Assembly (NCBI RefSeq): GCF_009914755.1
Contig: NC_060929.1
From: the human T2T-CHM13v2.0 reference genome, Homo sapiens
Reading direction: 5' to 3' (one strand)
DNA: 64,000 nt
Part shown: piece after piece, positions 62,542-64,000 of the stretch
Numbering within the stretch: position 1 is the first letter of the stretch
Layout: every line of letters starts with the position of its first letter
Translations under genes and position numbers: made by a program
The notes under the pieces: model-generated
The model's database searches: none
What the model saw: the letters and a program-made list of their open reading frames with translations, nothing else
What the model was told of the DNA's origin: nothing

Positions 62542-64000
62542 CTCCATGTTAGACCTTCACCTAACTTTGTCCCTACCTTGATTTAGCTCTTCGCCATCTA
62601 CAGTACATCTTCTCCTGTTTTCCTGTCACTCTCTTTCTCCTCTGCTTTTACTGCCTAGTGCTACCTATAATTATTTTGTATTTAAAAAAATTGTGCTTAT
62701 TGTCTATCCCTACCTCTTAGGTTCGTGTTAAGGATTATACAAGCTAGCCTAAATAAACTATTCATTGAACAGGTGTCCATTAAGTGCCTTCAATGTGCAA
62801 GGCACTACTGTAGGTTCTAGAGTTACAATGGTGAAAAAAGGCAGACATCCTCTCTGCCTTCACATAGGTTATAATATTATGGGAGCATTCATTGAACACT
62901 TACTGAGTGCCAGGTATGGTACTGAGAGTTCACTTAGATTATTTTGTTTGGTCATCAAAAAAAAAAAAAAAATCCTATGAGGGAGGTCCTATTGTACTAA
63001 ATTTATAGAAGGGATGATTAAGGGCCTGAATCGATGAGCCACTTTTTCAAGTTCATCACTAGTTCAAGGTCTAATTAGAGCTGGATCTTGCAGTCTGACT
63101 TCAGAGCTGATGCTCTTGACTAGCACGCTAAACTGCAAGTAGAAGGCATGGTAGGGCACAGAGCACATTTGAGGGGATGAAACAAAGTCATATATGGCTG
63201 TGACCTCAACATTGGAAGACATTTGGCACTGATTATTCTCATTCACCATCAGTATTCTGCATCCACAGATGCACTTCACTATAACAAAATTTGCATATAA
63301 AACTTGCATGTACAAGATAGATATTTTGAGGGATTATTAAGAATGTTATTAAAAATCATTGCTATGGGATTCCTTTACTTTAGAGTGTGCAATAAAAAAG
63401 CACAATAGGGGCTTCAGAGGTGGACAGATCTGGTTTCAAATCCTTACTTTACCACTTAATGTCTTTGGAACCTTGGGCAGCTTCTGAGACTCAGTGTTCT
63501 TATCTGTGAAATGGGGATAATAATACCTAGTTCACAGAGTTCCAAAATATCCCTGCAAATAGAGGATACTTAATAAAAACTAGCTACCATTTATTATGCT
63601 ATCATTTTCACAGTGCATTCAAACTATTATTTGAGTTTTAAAAATACTGACTTTACAGAAACATCTGTATTACATAAAGTGAGGCCAATCTGGAAGAGTG
63701 AGTTGCATAAATTGATCACTTGGAAGCATCTTCTTTTCCATCAGCTCCCCTGAACACCTCTAGGTAATCCCATCAGTCCCCAATTCCCTTTCCCCTGAAA
63801 GTGTCTTTGGGACTGGTGCCCTGCCAAGGTTCTGGGGTGGGGGCGGTGGAGGAATCCAGGTCCCTTGGCATAGTGTGTGACTCTTTTCTTTTTGCTTTCT
63901 GTTTCAACAGGAGGGAGTCTGCACCAGTGTTAGTAGGTTGGGTAAGAAAGTAGTGAGAAGAGGGAAAAAAGAAAGATGTGAACTCATATCCAAGTCATAC

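Overview
Human/primate genomic DNA (Alu- and L1-rich) containing the complete PANK3 (pantothenate kinase 3) gene on the minus strand. It has 7 coding exons (ATG at 40075, TAA at 18353-18355, 1113 nt = 370 aa, all introns GT-AG), a CpG-island promoter at ~39.6-40.8 kb and a very long (~9 kb) 3' UTR probably ending near 9280. Intron 5 hosts the miR-103a-1 hairpin (21678-21755). The 3' UTR contains a disabled, co-oriented processed GLUT3 pseudogene (SLC2A3P1-like, ~13.0-14.6 kb). The rest is intronic or intergenic and dominated by mobile elements: about 40 Alus, three L1PA copies (one 5'-inverted inside an Alu), a HERV-H/LTR7 remnant fused to an Alu in intron 1, a solo MER41B LTR with two intact GAS motifs ~2 kb upstream of the ATG, and MER/Tigger/MLT relics. 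The less obvious signals are a TSD-flanked 5' half of tRNA-Gly(TCC) 41 nt from the miR-103a-1 hairpin, a 75-bp locally templated inverted insertion at 43.1/44.2 kb, and STRs or palindromes next to splice sites. I see no evidence for a new protein-coding system. Nearly all other ORFs in the track are Alu, L1 or CpG-island artefacts. Locus and repeat-family names come from recognising the sequence by eye, not from a database search.
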